The notes: generated by a model not told the origin, from the letters alone. DNA of 64,000 bases from Brevibacterium luteolum (GCF_013004595.1 NZ_JABEMC010000002.1:372001-436000); one strand, 5' to 3'; counted from the stretch's first letter, positions 25,115 through 35,598 are shown. Translations and numbers: made by a program.

Positions 25115-25756
25115 TCAGTCGCGCACTATGCGCTGCTCGCGAGCGGCAGCGATCGCTGCGGTGCGGTTGGAGACGCCGAGCTTGGAGTAGATGTGGTTGA
25201 GGTGAGTCTTGACGGTCGCCTCAGAGATGAACAGCTCGCTGGCGATCTCCCGGTTCGAGGTCCCGGTCGCCAGCAGCTGCAAGATCTCGATCTCCCGGTT
25301 CGACAGCGAGATGCCCGGGCTGCGCATCCGGTCGAAGAGCCGGGCGGCGATCTCCGGTGCCAGGGCGGTGCGCCCGGCAGCGGCTTCGGTGACGGCCTGC
25401 CGGATCTTCTCCGGGTCGGCATCCTTGAGCATGTAGCCCGAGGCACCGGCTTCGATTGCTGCGACGATGTCGGAGTCGGAGTCGTAGGTGGTGAGGATGA
25501 GCACCGGCAGGTCCGGGCGGGACTCCTTGAGTCTGCGGGTCGCGGTCACCCCGTCCATCCCGGCCATCTGCAGGTCCATAAGCACCACGTCGACCGGTTC
25601 GCCCAACGTCTCGGCCCGCTCGACGGCCTTGATGGCCTGCATGCCGTCGGAGGCCTCGGCGGCGACTTCGAACTCGGTGAAGCCGTTGAGCATGGCGATG
25701 AGCCCGGTGCGCACCACCGGGTGGTCATCGACGATGAGAAGGCGGATCTCCCTCAT
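25115..25756 (-). CDS. NarL/LuxR family response regulator (ChrA/HrrA-like)
   Basis: [34 protein letters not shown]. Confidence 0.93.
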   Translation of the reverse strand: MREIRLLIVDDHPVVRTGLIAMLNGFTEFEVAAEASDGMQAIKAVERAETLGEPVDVVLMDLQMAGMDGVTATRRLKESRPDLPVLILTTYDSDSDIVAAIEAGASGYMLKDADPEKIRQAVTEAAAGRTALAPEIAARLFDRMRSPGISLSNREIEILQLLATGTSNREIASELFISEATVKTHLNHIYSKLGVSNRTAAIAAAREQRIVRD

Positions 25757-27069
25757 GCGGTTGTCTCCAGTGGCTCGGGTGGGTGATCGCTGCCGGGTGG
25801 CAGCGGCAGGCTGACGCCGACGACGGTGCCCTTGCCGGGAGCTGATTCGACGGTGACATGGCCGCCGGCCCGGCTGATGCGCTCACGCAGCAGGCGCAGC
25901 CCGTAACCGGAGTCGGCACCGACCTCGTCGGCCGGGTCTGCCGGCAGCACGGTATCGGGGTCGAAACCGCTGCCGTTGTCGAAGACGTCGATGGTGACGG
26001 TGTTGTCGAAGAACGCCAGCGTCACCCGGGCTGCTGAGGCGTGTGCGTGGGCGGCGACGTTCGACAGCAGCGACTGCACAGACCGCACGAGTGCCGCCTC
26101 GGTCGCGGCTGAAACCGGAACCGGGTCGCCCTCGACGGCGAACGTGCACCTCAGGTCCTGCCCAGCAGCCTGGACGCGCTCCTGCGTGTCAGCGCACAGC
26201 TGCGGCAGGCGCTGGAGCAGCCGGGTGGTGCGCTGCTGGCGCGGTGTCTGCCCGGCAGCCAGATCGCGGACGAAGGCGCGGGCCTCGGCGAGATTCTCAG
26301 AGGCGGTGCGCTCGATGATGTCGATGTAGTCATCGGCAGCCTCGGGCTTGCCGCCGGCCTGCGCATCACGGGCGGCGCGGGAGACGAGCACGATGCTCGA
26401 CAGGCCCTGGGCGAGGGTGTCGTGGATCTCCTGGGCGAGGCGTTCGCGTTCGGCCAGCTGCCCGGCCTCGTGCTGGGCGGCGGCGAGTTCGCTGCGAGTG
26501 CGGATGAGCTCTTCGACCGCGCGGCGCTGATGTTCGCTCTCGGTGTAGAGGGCCTGGTAGACCAGCGACATGATGATCGCCACCCCGGCGCCGAGCAGCG
26601 GGCCGACGATGAGCGCTGGCTGCAGCTGACCGGTGTGCGCCCACTGGATGGCACCGACCGAGCAGGCGAGTGCGAGCACGGCGAAGATCGCATGCCGGGT
26701 GCGCAGGATGTGCAGGTGCAGGAAGAACAGCGGGAAGGCCAGCCAGGTGAAGTGCTCGCTCAGCGAGACGAGGCACAGCCACTGCACGGTGACCGCGGCC
26801 AGCCACATCATCGCCATGCGCTGCGGCAGACCGGCGAGCCGGCCGTCGACGCCGACGTGCTCGCTGTGGTGCTTCTCGCGCACCGTGCCGTAGACGTAGG
26901 TCGCGGCCAGCAGGACCGAGAGCACCAGGATGATCCAGCCGATGCCGTGCAGCCCGATCTCGGTCAGCGCGCGGATGAGCCCGATGCCCATGAGGAGCGC
27001 GAACCCGACATGCAGGGTCACCCGCATGGCGCGCAGCACCAGCGGAACACGGCTGTCAGGCTCGGGCAT
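25753..27069 (-). CDS. HisKA_3 sensor histidine kinase (ChrS/HrrS-like)
   Basis: Multi-TM N-terminus, [26 protein letters not shown]. Confidence 0.92.
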   Translation of the reverse strand: MPEPDSRVPLVLRAMRVTLHVGFALLMGIGLIRALTEIGLHGIGWIILVLSVLLAATYVYGTVREKHHSEHVGVDGRLAGLPQRMAMMWLAAVTVQWLCLVSLSEHFTWLAFPLFFLHLHILRTRHAIFAVLALACSVGAIQWAHTGQLQPALIVGPLLGAGVAIIMSLVYQALYTESEHQRRAVEELIRTRSELAAAQHEAGQLAERERLAQEIHDTLAQGLSSIVLVSRAARDAQAGGKPEAADDYIDIIERTASENLAEARAFVRDLAAGQTPRQQRTTRLLQRLPQLCADTQERVQAAGQDLRCTFAVEGDPVPVSAATEAALVRSVQSLLSNVAAHAHASAARVTLAFFDNTVTIDVFDNGSGFDPDTVLPADPADEVGADSGYGLRLLRERISRAGGHVTVESAPGKGTVVGVSLPLPPGSDHPPEPLETTA

Positions 27070-27178
27070 AGTCCAACTCTAGCCGTGCCGCTGCGCTGTG
27101 AGAATCAATCGAATGGTTGAGGCGAAGTCCCACCGTTCTCCCGATGTGCGCACGCGCGGAAGGCGAGATCGTGGAGAT

Positions 27179-28300
27179 ATGTTCCTAGCATTTCGTGAGA
27201 TCAAGTTCGCCAAGGGCCGCTTCGCCCTCATGGCCGCAGTCGTCGCGCTCATCAGCGTGCTGCTCATCATGCTCTCCGGGCTCACCGCCGGCCTGGCCCG
27301 CCAGTCCACCTCGGCGATCGCCGAGCTGCCGGCCTCGATGGTGGCCTTCGGCAGCGGCAGCGAGGATGAGGAGGTCGACGACCCGTCCTATACCCAGTCC
27401 CGCGTCACCACCGATCAGGTCGACGCCTGGCAGTCGACGGCTGGTGTCTCCGGTGCCGAACCGCTGGGCATCGTGCAGTCCCGCCTGGAACTCGACACCT
27501 CCACCCAGGCCGCCGGCTTCGCCGCCGAACCGGGCTCGGGCATCGCACCCGATGCGCTGCGCGCCGAGACCATCGTGCTGAGCGAGGAACTCGCCACCGA
27601 GCTGTCAGCCAAGACCGGTGACATCGTCACCTTCGGCGGCACCGAGCTCGAGGTCGCCGGCACGATCCCCGACCAGTGGTACTCCCACACCCCGGTCGCC
27701 TGGATCGACCTGGCGACGTGGAAGTCCATCACCCATATCTCCGACCCCGAGGTGGCAGGCACCGTCGTGCTCGCCAACGTCACCGACACCTCGGTCGCGG
27801 CAGCTGGCAGCCAAACCGCCGGCACCGACGTCGACGACGTCCGGGCTGAGGCCGACGACAGGGCCGGCACCGTGTCGATGACGCCGAAGGAGAGCTTCTC
27901 CGCGCTGGCCTCATACAGCTCGGAGAACGGCTCGCTGACCCTCATTCAGGCGTTCCTCTACGGCATCTCCGCCCTTGTCGTCGCTGCGTTCCTCAGCGTG
28001 TGGACGATCCAGCGGACTCGTGAGATCGCCGTGGTCAAGGCACTCGGCGGCTCCACCCGCTATGTGCTCGGCGACGCGCTCGGCCAGGCGCTCATCGTGC
28101 TCGGCATCGGCGTCATCGCCGGCGGCATCATCGGCATCGCAGCGGGCCTGGCACTGTCCTCGGTCGCACCGTTCACCGTCAGCCCGGCGACCACGCTGCT
28201 GCCGATGGCAGGCGTCATCGGCATCGGCCTCATCGCCGCCGCCTTCGCCGTCCGCCGCGTCACCCGCGTCGACCCGCTTCTCGCACTGGGAGGAAACTGA
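27179..28300 (+). CDS. FtsX/MacB-type ABC permease (HrtB-like)
   Basis: MFLAFREIKFAKGRFAL start, WTIQRTREIAVVKALG, RVDPLLALG. Confidence 0.88.
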   Translation: MFLAFREIKFAKGRFALMAAVVALISVLLIMLSGLTAGLARQSTSAIAELPASMVAFGSGSEDEEVDDPSYTQSRVTTDQVDAWQSTAGVSGAEPLGIVQSRLELDTSTQAAGFAAEPGSGIAPDALRAETIVLSEELATELSAKTGDIVTFGGTELEVAGTIPDQWYSHTPVAWIDLATWKSITHISDPEVAGTVVLANVTDTSVAAAGSQTAGTDVDDVRAEADDRAGTVSMTPKESFSALASYSSENGSLTLIQAFLYGISALVVAAFLSVWTIQRTREIAVVKALGGSTRYVLGDALGQALIVLGIGVIAGGIIGIAAGLALSSVAPFTVSPATTLLPMAGVIGIGLIAAAFAVRRVTRVDPLLALGGN

Positions 28301-29046
28301 TGACCACCATCCTGCAGACCACGAACACCCAGACCACCTCCGGCGCTCCTGCGCTTGAGCTGGAGCGCATCACCCTGACCTACCCGGACGGCACCGGCAC
28401 GGTCACCGCGCTCGATGACGTCAGCCTGACCCTGACACCGGGCACCGTCACCGCGATTGTCGGCCCGTCCGGTTCGGGCAAGTCGAGCCTGCTGGCTGTC
28501 GGTTCGACACTCGTGACGCCGACCTCCGGTGTGGTGCGCATCGACGGCACCGACGTCGGACGCCTCAAGGAGTCCGAGCGCAGCCGGCTGCGCCGCGAGA
28601 AGATCGGCATCGTCTTCCAGCAGCCGAACCTGCTGGAGTCGCTTACCGCCGTCGAGCAGCTCATCATCACCGACAAGCTGCGCGGCACGGGCGGCGGGGA
28701 TGACACCCGCAAGCGGGCTGAGGCACTGCTCGAACGCGTCGGCTTAGCCGATGCCGCCAGGCGCCGGCCTCACCAGCTCTCCGGTGGTCAGCGGCAGCGC
28801 GTCAACATCGCCCGCGCCCTCATGGGCGATCCGAGCGTGCTGCTCGTCGATGAGCCGACCGCTGCTCTCGACCACGACCGGTCGGAGGCGATCATGGACC
28901 TGCTGTGTCAGGTGACGAAGGAGTTCAGCGTCGCCACCGTCATCGTCACCCATGACACTGAGTTCCTGCCGAAGACCGATGTCGTGGCCACGATGCGCGA
29001 CGGCAAGCTCTCGGAGCCGGAGTGCGCTGCCGCTGCAGCGTGCTGA
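28300..29046 (+). CDS. ABC ATP-binding protein (HrtA/LolD-like)
   Basis: GPSGSGKS, LSGGQRQR, VDEPTAALD, VTHD. Confidence 0.92.
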   Translation: MTTILQTTNTQTTSGAPALELERITLTYPDGTGTVTALDDVSLTLTPGTVTAIVGPSGSGKSSLLAVGSTLVTPTSGVVRIDGTDVGRLKESERSRLRREKIGIVFQQPNLLESLTAVEQLIITDKLRGTGGGDDTRKRAEALLERVGLADAARRRPHQLSGGQRQRVNIARALMGDPSVLLVDEPTAALDHDRSEAIMDLLCQVTKEFSVATVIVTHDTEFLPKTDVVATMRDGKLSEPECAAAAAC

Positions 29047-29127
29047 CCCGGTCGGCACTGCAGCCTGAGGCGGCCCCGGCGCTGACCCAGCGGCGGCAGC
29101 CCGACTGGGCTGAAGCAGAGCGATCTG

Positions 29128-31467
29128 TCAGCCGAGCTGCCGGATGACCCGGGCCGGAACTCCGGCTGCGAGTGCACCGGCGGGGACATCCTCAGTGACG
29201 ACGGCACCGGCGCCGATCACGGCATCATTGCCGATCGTCACGCCCGGGCAGATGGTCACTCCGCCGCCGAGCCACACGTTGTCGCCGATCGAGATCGGCT
29301 CAGCTGATTCGCGCCCGGTCCGCCGCGCGCCGGGTTCCAGCGGATGGATCGGGGTGAGAAGCTGGACGTTCGGCCCGATCTGGCAGTCGGCACCGATGCT
29401 GATCGGCGCGACGTCCAGGGCAGTCAGCTGCGCGCCGATGTACGTGCGCTCGCCGATGCTGATGTTGCTGCCGTAGTCGATGGTGAACGGCGGGCGCACC
29501 TCGACGTCAGCACCGACGGTGCCGAACACAGCCTCCAGGCGCGTGCGCACGAGGCGCGCATCGACCTCGGCGCCGGAATAGAACGCCTCCGCGTAGGCGT
29601 GCGCCCGCCCGGTCGCGGTCCGGTGACTGCTGGCCAATGCTGGGTTGTCGGCTGCGATGTACCAACCGGTGGCAGCCGGCAGCACCGCCTCAGCTGCCCG
29701 AGACGAGGCGACCGCCACCTCGGGTGCGGGCCCGCCAGCGGGGGAGGAGGCAGAATCGGCGGTCTGGTTGCGGGCCCCGGTCACAGAGTGGGCAGCGGCA
29801 TCGACGTCACCGCTGGTGAGTTCCGCCAACTCGGCCATATCGCCGACGACGACGAGCTTGAACCGGGCACGGGACATACCGACGTACATCATCTCCCTGG
29901 CCCGCTGCGGGTCGCGGAAACCGTTGGCGCACAGCACGACGACCTCGCGGTCGAGGCCCTTGAAGCCGAGCACGTGACCGTAGAAGGCGTCCGTGCCGGC
30001 GAAGAACGCATCCCAGTAGGCGGCGAAGCCCTCGATTGCGACGACCTCGCGCTGCACCGGATGCCTCGGACCGGTCGTCAGCAGTGCGATCTGGTTCAGC
30101 TCCCAGTCCCCCGAGTCGGCAATCCGGGCGAGCACATCGTCGGCGGTCTCGAGCGCCGCGTCTGTGGGCACGTCGACGAACTCGACGCGCTCACCGCCGT
30201 GCAGCCGCACGATCTGGGGTTCGGAGGCGAGCCCGGCGATCGACTCGACGATCGTGTCGGCATTGCGCAGATTCTCACCCAGATAGAACGGGTTCATGGT
30301 GATCGGTGCCGCGCCGTCCCGGTCGAAGATCCGCTGATGTTCGTCAGTGAAGGCGTAGAGAATGCCGGTCGCCGGTGCGCGCAGGCACGACTCGACAGCC
30401 TGCCACCAGATGTCAGAGAAATCCTGGCCCTCGTCGACGATGATCGCATCGAACAGGTCGGCAGGATCACGTTCACCGGCGAGTTTGCGCAGCCGCTGAG
30501 GCAGCGCGACCTCCCAGTAGTGCGAGTCGTCATCGGCACCCGGCTGCGCGCCCCACTGCAGCGGCAGGTCATGGAACAGGCCGACATATGCCGGGCGCTC
30601 AGGCGGCGCCCACTGGGCGATCGTGAGCTGCATGAACCGGGCCAGGCCACGCGAATAGCACATCACTGCCACACGTAGCCCCTCCCGTGTGAGCTGGCGA
30701 GCCTTGAGCAGCGCCAGGTGCGTCTTGCCCGAGCCGGGGCCCCCGCTGAGCTCAGCCCGCGTCTGGTAGCGCAGCACCGACAGGATCCGCTCCTGTTCGG
30801 CTGTCAGCGCATTCGAGCGGCTGTCGAGTTCAGCCGCACGCAGCCGGGAGGTCTCAGCCGCCTGATGAGTCTGGCGCAACTGGCGAGACAGCAGCTCCAG
30901 CTGCTGGGCAGACAGCGGCGCAGTCTCGCTGTAGTAGGTGCGCAGGGCGGCTTCGATGCGCGCGCCGATGCTGCCGAGATCCTGCCCGTCGATGAGCAGA
31001 TCGCGCGGGGCATCGGGCACACTCGTCCAGTCCCGCAGGCTGCTGAACGGCAGGCTGGCCATCTGCACCATCCGACCTGCACCGGTGCTCAGCCGGTTGC
31101 GCAGCCACCGGCCGAGCGCGTGCTTGGCACGCATCGCCTGCTCCAGCGGCGAGATCTGCAGCTGGGCAGACCCGTGCCGGCCGGCGGTGCACCACCGGCC
31201 CTCGCGCATCGACACCTGCCCGCCTTTGACCTCGAGGACGACGATGCCCAGACCTGGCCACAGGATGAGCATGTCGATCTCGACGTCGAGGTCTGCGCTG
31301 GTGATCCGCTGCCCGCAGATGACTGTGACCTCCTCCGGCAGCTGCTCGCGCAGGCGGCGCAGCACCACCGCCTCGGCAGTGGAGGCATCATGCGGCTCAC
31401 CGAGCACACGCGGGCCGGTGTCGTTCGTCTGGGTTGGAGGGTGGAGGCCAGAGGCGGTTTCGGACAT
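29128..31467 (-). CDS. NERD nuclease + SF1 helicase/ATPase + sugar O-acetyltransferase (Maa-like) fusion
   Basis: EIDML..VLEVKGG; GGPGSGKT, VDEGQD, NLRN, FKGLD, YVGMSRA; C-terminal PPFTIDYGSNI, hexapeptide repeats, GVPARVIR. Confidence 0.85.
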   Translation of the reverse strand: MSETASGLHPPTQTNDTGPRVLGEPHDASTAEAVVLRRLREQLPEEVTVICGQRITSADLDVEIDMLILWPGLGIVVLEVKGGQVSMREGRWCTAGRHGSAQLQISPLEQAMRAKHALGRWLRNRLSTGAGRMVQMASLPFSSLRDWTSVPDAPRDLLIDGQDLGSIGARIEAALRTYYSETAPLSAQQLELLSRQLRQTHQAAETSRLRAAELDSRSNALTAEQERILSVLRYQTRAELSGGPGSGKTHLALLKARQLTREGLRVAVMCYSRGLARFMQLTIAQWAPPERPAYVGLFHDLPLQWGAQPGADDDSHYWEVALPQRLRKLAGERDPADLFDAIIVDEGQDFSDIWWQAVESCLRAPATGILYAFTDEHQRIFDRDGAAPITMNPFYLGENLRNADTIVESIAGLASEPQIVRLHGGERVEFVDVPTDAALETADDVLARIADSGDWELNQIALLTTGPRHPVQREVVAIEGFAAYWDAFFAGTDAFYGHVLGFKGLDREVVVLCANGFRDPQRAREMMYVGMSRARFKLVVVGDMAELAELTSGDVDAAAHSVTGARNQTADSASSPAGGPAPEVAVASSRAAEAVLPAATGWYIAADNPALASSHRTATGRAHAYAEAFYSGAEVDARLVRTRLEAVFGTVGADVEVRPPFTIDYGSNISIGERTYIGAQLTALDVAPISIGADCQIGPNVQLLTPIHPLEPGARRTGRESAEPISIGDNVWLGGGVTICPGVTIGNDAVIGAGAVVTEDVPAGALAAGVPARVIRQLG

Positions 31468-31581
31468 GCGCGGTCTCTCTGCTGGGACGATCTGCTCACC
31501 GTGAGGCCGGCAGCGCCCACCGGCTGCGGCACTCGCCCTCAGCGTAACCCGTTCGACATCCAGCAGCAGCCCGAGACAGCG

Positions 31582-31614
31582 CAGCGCCCCTGCTCATCAC
31601 GAGCAGGGGCGCTG
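31582..31614 (-). terminator. Hairpin after the DUF5324-like gene
   Basis: 14-bp stem CAGCGCCCCTGCTC/GAGCAGGGGCGCTG. Confidence 0.7.
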
Positions 31615-31651
31615 GTGTCCTCACCCGAGGCTCACCTCCGGAGCGGGGAGA

Positions 31652-32548
31652 TCAGAAGTTGTCCGGATCTTTGGCGCGCGGGTTGCCGAACTCGTCGATG
31701 CCCTCTTCCTCAGCATCAGCGTCGACGTCCTCGACCTTGGCTGCCGGGACCGGAGTCTCGGAGACCTCGGTGACCGGGGTCTGGCGGGATGCCGGGGTGG
31801 TGCCGACCGGGCGGGCGTCGGCGGGGCGGTTGCCCTCCAGCGGCGTCGACCAGGGGTCTTCGACCGGCTGGGCCTTGCGCCACACGAAGTAGGCGACACC
31901 GGCCAGGCCGACGAGCACGAGCATCCACAGGAACACCTTGGTGCCGGTGCCCATGCCGGACTTCGTGGTCCGCTTCTCGATGTCCTTGCCGGCCTTCTTC
32001 AGGGCCTTCTTGGCCTTCTTCACGGCCTTCTTGTCGCCGGTCAGCTTGGTGGCGATGTCCTCGATGGCCTTCGGAGTCTGGGCCGAAGCCAGGGCTCCGG
32101 CAGCACCGGCGGCCAGGGCGCCTGCGCGCTGGGTGGCGTCGGGAGCCCAGTCATCGGCCACGCGCTTCTTGGCGGTGGCCAGGCGCTCGCGGCTGTCTGC
32201 GCTGAGCGAATCGAACTGGTCGGCCACCTGGTCAGCGACGGCGCCGAACTGCTTGCGGCCGTCCTTGCCCAGCTTCTCCAGGCGGGGGCGGAGATCCTTC
32301 TCGAAATGGTTCACATCTGGTCGCACTTGGTCAGCAGCCTCCTTGAGCTTCTTCGACACTCGACGCAGCTTCGGCGCATTCTTCGCCGCACCGCCGCCGA
32401 CAAAGGCGTTGGCCTTCTCCAGTGCCGGTCCGGAGGCTTCGATGGCCTGTGCAGATCCTGCGCGCACTGCATCACCGACTGCGACGGCGACATCGCTGAC
32501 CTCGTGGAGCAGGCGCTGGGACGTGGGCTGGGTCTTCTTCTTGAACAT
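31652..32548 (-). CDS. Conserved membrane-anchored coiled-coil protein (DUF5324/CwsA-like position)
   Basis: Ala/Lys-rich helical region, single late TM followed by EDPW; divergent from ppiA. Confidence 0.7.
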   Translation of the reverse strand: MFKKKTQPTSQRLLHEVSDVAVAVGDAVRAGSAQAIEASGPALEKANAFVGGGAAKNAPKLRRVSKKLKEAADQVRPDVNHFEKDLRPRLEKLGKDGRKQFGAVADQVADQFDSLSADSRERLATAKKRVADDWAPDATQRAGALAAGAAGALASAQTPKAIEDIATKLTGDKKAVKKAKKALKKAGKDIEKRTTKSGMGTGTKVFLWMLVLVGLAGVAYFVWRKAQPVEDPWSTPLEGNRPADARPVGTTPASRQTPVTEVSETPVPAAKVEDVDADAEEEGIDEFGNPRAKDPDNF

Positions 32549-32741
32549 CTCACCCTCCGGAATCGGTGGATTCATTCTGTGACTTCAACGTTACCCCCAG
32601 TCTAGAGGCTGAGCTAATCAGTGCGGCGCCCGGGTGGGCGTCTGAACGCTGACAATTCGCCTAGGATTCCCGCCGGTGACGGTGGGCGCTCCGCTCCCGA
32701 GGCGGTGGGCGCGTTCGTGCGTTCGTGACAGAATGACGTCT

Positions 32742-33275
32742 ATGAGTATTGCAACGCAGCAGGCAGTCCTGCACACGAACAAGGGTGACATCGTCATCGA
32801 CCTCTTCGGCAACCACGCCCCGAAGACCGTGGCGAACTTCGTCGAGCTCGCCGAGGGCAAGCGCGAGTTCACCGATCCGCAGTCCGGTCAGCAGGTCACC
32901 CGTCCGTTCTACGACGGACTCGGCTTCCACCGCATCATCAAGCAGTTCATGATCCAGGGCGGCTGCCCGCTGGGCACCGGCACCGGCGGCCCCGGCTACG
33001 TCTTCGACGACGAGATCCACCCCGAACTGCAGTTCAACAAGCCCTACCTGCTGGCCATGGCCAACGCCGGCAAGCAGATGGGCCGCGGCACCAACGGCTC
33101 GCAGTTCTTCATCTCGACCGTGGAGACCCCGTGGCTCAACGGCAAGCACACGATCTTCGGTGAGGTCGCCGACGAGGACTCGAAGAAGGTTGTCGACGCC
33201 ATTGAGGCCGTGCCGACTGGTCAGGCTGACCGCCCGACCGAGCCGGTCGTCATCGAATCCGTCGAGATCCGCTGA
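32742..33275 (+). CDS. ppiA: Cyclophilin-type peptidyl-prolyl isomerase
   Basis: APKTVANF, FHRII..FMIQGG, LAMANAG, TNGSQFFI, WLNGKHTIFG. Confidence 0.96.
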   Translation: MSIATQQAVLHTNKGDIVIDLFGNHAPKTVANFVELAEGKREFTDPQSGQQVTRPFYDGLGFHRIIKQFMIQGGCPLGTGTGGPGYVFDDEIHPELQFNKPYLLAMANAGKQMGRGTNGSQFFISTVETPWLNGKHTIFGEVADEDSKKVVDAIEAVPTGQADRPTEPVVIESVEIR

Positions 33276-33291
33276 TCCCAGTCCTTCTTTC

Positions 33292-33326
33292 ACCGGCCCC
33301 TGATCCCCTGTGGACCAGGGGCCGGT
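33292..33326 (+). terminator. Hairpin after ppiA
   Basis: ACCGGCCCCTG/CAGGGGCCGGT stem. Confidence 0.6.
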
Positions 33327-33356
33327 CCCGTTCACTGCCGTCCATAGGATGTGGTC

Positions 33357-34157
33357 ATGTCAGTTCCTCCGCATGAGTCGCCGGAGCCCGGCAACCCGCG
33401 CCTCGGAGGCAGCGGGCCGGGCTCTCCCCAGCCTGGGTCTGGCCACCCCGGTCCGTTCGCGCCGGGCCCCTCGGCGCCGGGTCCGCCGCAGGGCATGCCG
33501 GGCAGGAACGCCCGCAGGCTGCCGTCGACTCCGGTGACGTATGCGCTCATCGGGGCGTGCGTGGTCGTGTGGCTGCTGCAGCTGCTGACCGGTGACTGGA
33601 TCCCGCGGATGTTCGGCTTCGCCGCCTACTGGGCAGCGCCCGAGCCCTACACCGCGCTCACCACGGCCTTCATCCACGGCGGCAGCATGCACATCATGTT
33701 CAACATGATCGGGCTGTACTTCTTCGGCACGTTCCTCGAGCGCTACGTCGGCTCAGGCTGGTTCGCGCTGCTGTACCTCTTCAGCGCACTCGGCGGCTCA
33801 CTGGCCGTCTTCTTCCTCGCGCTCGCCGACGGCAGCCCGCAGGCCCTGGTCACGGTGCACATCGGCGCCTCGGGAGCGTTGTTCGGCTTAGTCGGATTCG
33901 TCGCCACCCCCACCCGGCGCCTCGACCGGAACCTCACCGGTGTGCTCGGGTTCGTCGCGATCAACGCCGTGCTCATCTGGCTGGTGCCCAACATCTCCTG
34001 GCAGGCCCACCTCGGCGGATTCCTCACCGGCTTCGTCTTCGGCTGCGTGTACTTCTTCACTCCGCAGCGGCTGCGCGCCCTCGGCCTGCTGATTCTGACA
34101 GTGGTGGTGGCCGCAGTCGGGTTCGCGGCACTCGTCTTGGTGCCGGTGACTGTTTAG
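33357..34157 (+). CDS. Rhomboid intramembrane serine protease
   Basis: HIMFNM, catalytic GASG, AHLGG. Confidence 0.92.
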   Translation: MSVPPHESPEPGNPRLGGSGPGSPQPGSGHPGPFAPGPSAPGPPQGMPGRNARRLPSTPVTYALIGACVVVWLLQLLTGDWIPRMFGFAAYWAAPEPYTALTTAFIHGGSMHIMFNMIGLYFFGTFLERYVGSGWFALLYLFSALGGSLAVFFLALADGSPQALVTVHIGASGALFGLVGFVATPTRRLDRNLTGVLGFVAINAVLIWLVPNISWQAHLGGFLTGFVFGCVYFFTPQRLRALGLLILTVVVAAVGFAALVLVPVTV

Positions 34158-34159
34158 GG

Positions 34160-34813
34160 TCAGGTGTCCTCGGAGACCATCGGGTCGCCGGGCCCGAACA
34201 GCTTGATCGCCAGGTGCAGGATGTAGTGGGTCACCGGCCCGATCACCACGGCGAAGACGATCGTGGCGATGAACAGGGTGCCGCCGAGCAGCCAGCCGAT
34301 GAGCATGACGGCGATCTCGATGGAGGCGCGCACGACCGTGACCGAGCCGCCGGTCTTGAGGACGAGGCCGGTCATGAGCCCGTCGCGCGGGCCCGGTCCG
34401 AAGTTCGGAATGATGTAGAGCACCGTGGCCACGGCATTGATGAGGATGGCGAGGGCGACGAAGACGATGCGCAGCCACAGCTGCTCCGGTGCCGGGACGA
34501 TGAACAGAGTCAGGTCGATGAACAGGCCCACCAGCAGTGCATTCGACAGGGTGCCCAGACCCGGGCGCTGCTTGAGCGGGATCCACAGCAGCAGCAGGAG
34601 GAACGACAGGATCACGACGATGAGGCCGATCGAGATGCCGGTCAGCTTCGACAGGCCCTCGTGGAGCACATCCCAGGGCATATTGCCCAGCGTCGACCGC
34701 AGCATGAGCCCGGCGGAGAACCCGTAGAGGAACAACCCGACGTACAGTGCCGCCAGGCGGATGGGCAATGGGTGGTGAGCTAGAAGACGGAAGTATCCGG
34801 CCGGTTTCGCCAT
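34160..34813 (-). CDS. YczE/YitT family membrane protein
   Basis: LGNMPWDVLHEG, PGLGT, GPGPRDGLMTGL. Confidence 0.88.
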   Translation of the reverse strand: MAKPAGYFRLLAHHPLPIRLAALYVGLFLYGFSAGLMLRSTLGNMPWDVLHEGLSKLTGISIGLIVVILSFLLLLLWIPLKQRPGLGTLSNALLVGLFIDLTLFIVPAPEQLWLRIVFVALAILINAVATVLYIIPNFGPGPRDGLMTGLVLKTGGSVTVVRASIEIAVMLIGWLLGGTLFIATIVFAVVIGPVTHYILHLAIKLFGPGDPMVSEDT

Positions 34814-34817
34814 TCCC

Positions 34818-35447
34818 TCAGCGCCATCGTGTCGACATCAGAAGCCCGGCGACGAGGATCGAGAAGCCTGCGACGAGGTTCCAGTTGCCCCAGGCCTCAA
34901 CGGGCCAGGCGCCCTGGGAAAGGTAGAAGACGACGAGCCAGGCGAGACCGAACAGCAGGATGCCGACCATGACGGGCACGAACCAGCGCGGGTTCGGCTT
35001 GGCCACCGTCGAGGTGGTGCCGTCGTAGGTCGAGGTGGTGCGGCCGGTCGACCGCGAGGTGGACCGGGAGGTCGACCGGCTGGTACGCGCCTTGCTGCGC
35101 TTGGCGGGGTTGCCGGAGCGGGCGGCCTTACCGGACTTCTCGTCCTTGGCGTCGTCGTCGGCGTCAGCCTTCTTCGAGGTCTTCTTGCCGGCAGCGGTCG
35201 CGCCGGCCGGCTTAGAACCGGTGGACTTCTTCTTCGCTGCGGTGCTCTTCGCCGGTGCCGTGTCCTTCTTGGGCGGCGTGTCCTTCTCGTCTGCAGTGTC
35301 TGCAGTGTCGACGTCGGTGGCCTCAGCGGTGTCGTCGATGTCGAGAGTCTCGTCGTTCAGAGTCTCTTCGGTCGTCTCGGCGGCCTTGGGGCTCTCCGTG
35401 TGGCGCGAGGTGCGGTGCGCTTTGCGGTTACGGCTCGACTTGGACAC
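34818..35447 (-). CDS. crgA: Cell division protein CrgA with long N-terminal extension
   Basis: C-terminal NPRWFVPVM..GLAWLVVFYL..GNWNLVAGF..MSTRWR; GTG start after GGAGGAG. Confidence 0.88.
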   Translation of the reverse strand: MSKSSRNRKAHRTSRHTESPKAAETTEETLNDETLDIDDTAEATDVDTADTADEKDTPPKKDTAPAKSTAAKKKSTGSKPAGATAAGKKTSKKADADDDAKDEKSGKAARSGNPAKRSKARTSRSTSRSTSRSTGRTTSTYDGTTSTVAKPNPRWFVPVMVGILLFGLAWLVVFYLSQGAWPVEAWGNWNLVAGFSILVAGLLMSTRWR

Positions 35448-35598
35448 GTTTCTCCTCCGGTGGACAGACCAGGCCCGGCGAGGGGCCTGCGGATGCTGTC
35501 CCTGGGTGCATGTGGGGGTTGGACAACAACCAAAGTCTACTCGAGGAGCACTGCTGTGCACATTGCCCGAAAGCCAGCAGTTGTGCGGGGGTGCTCGA

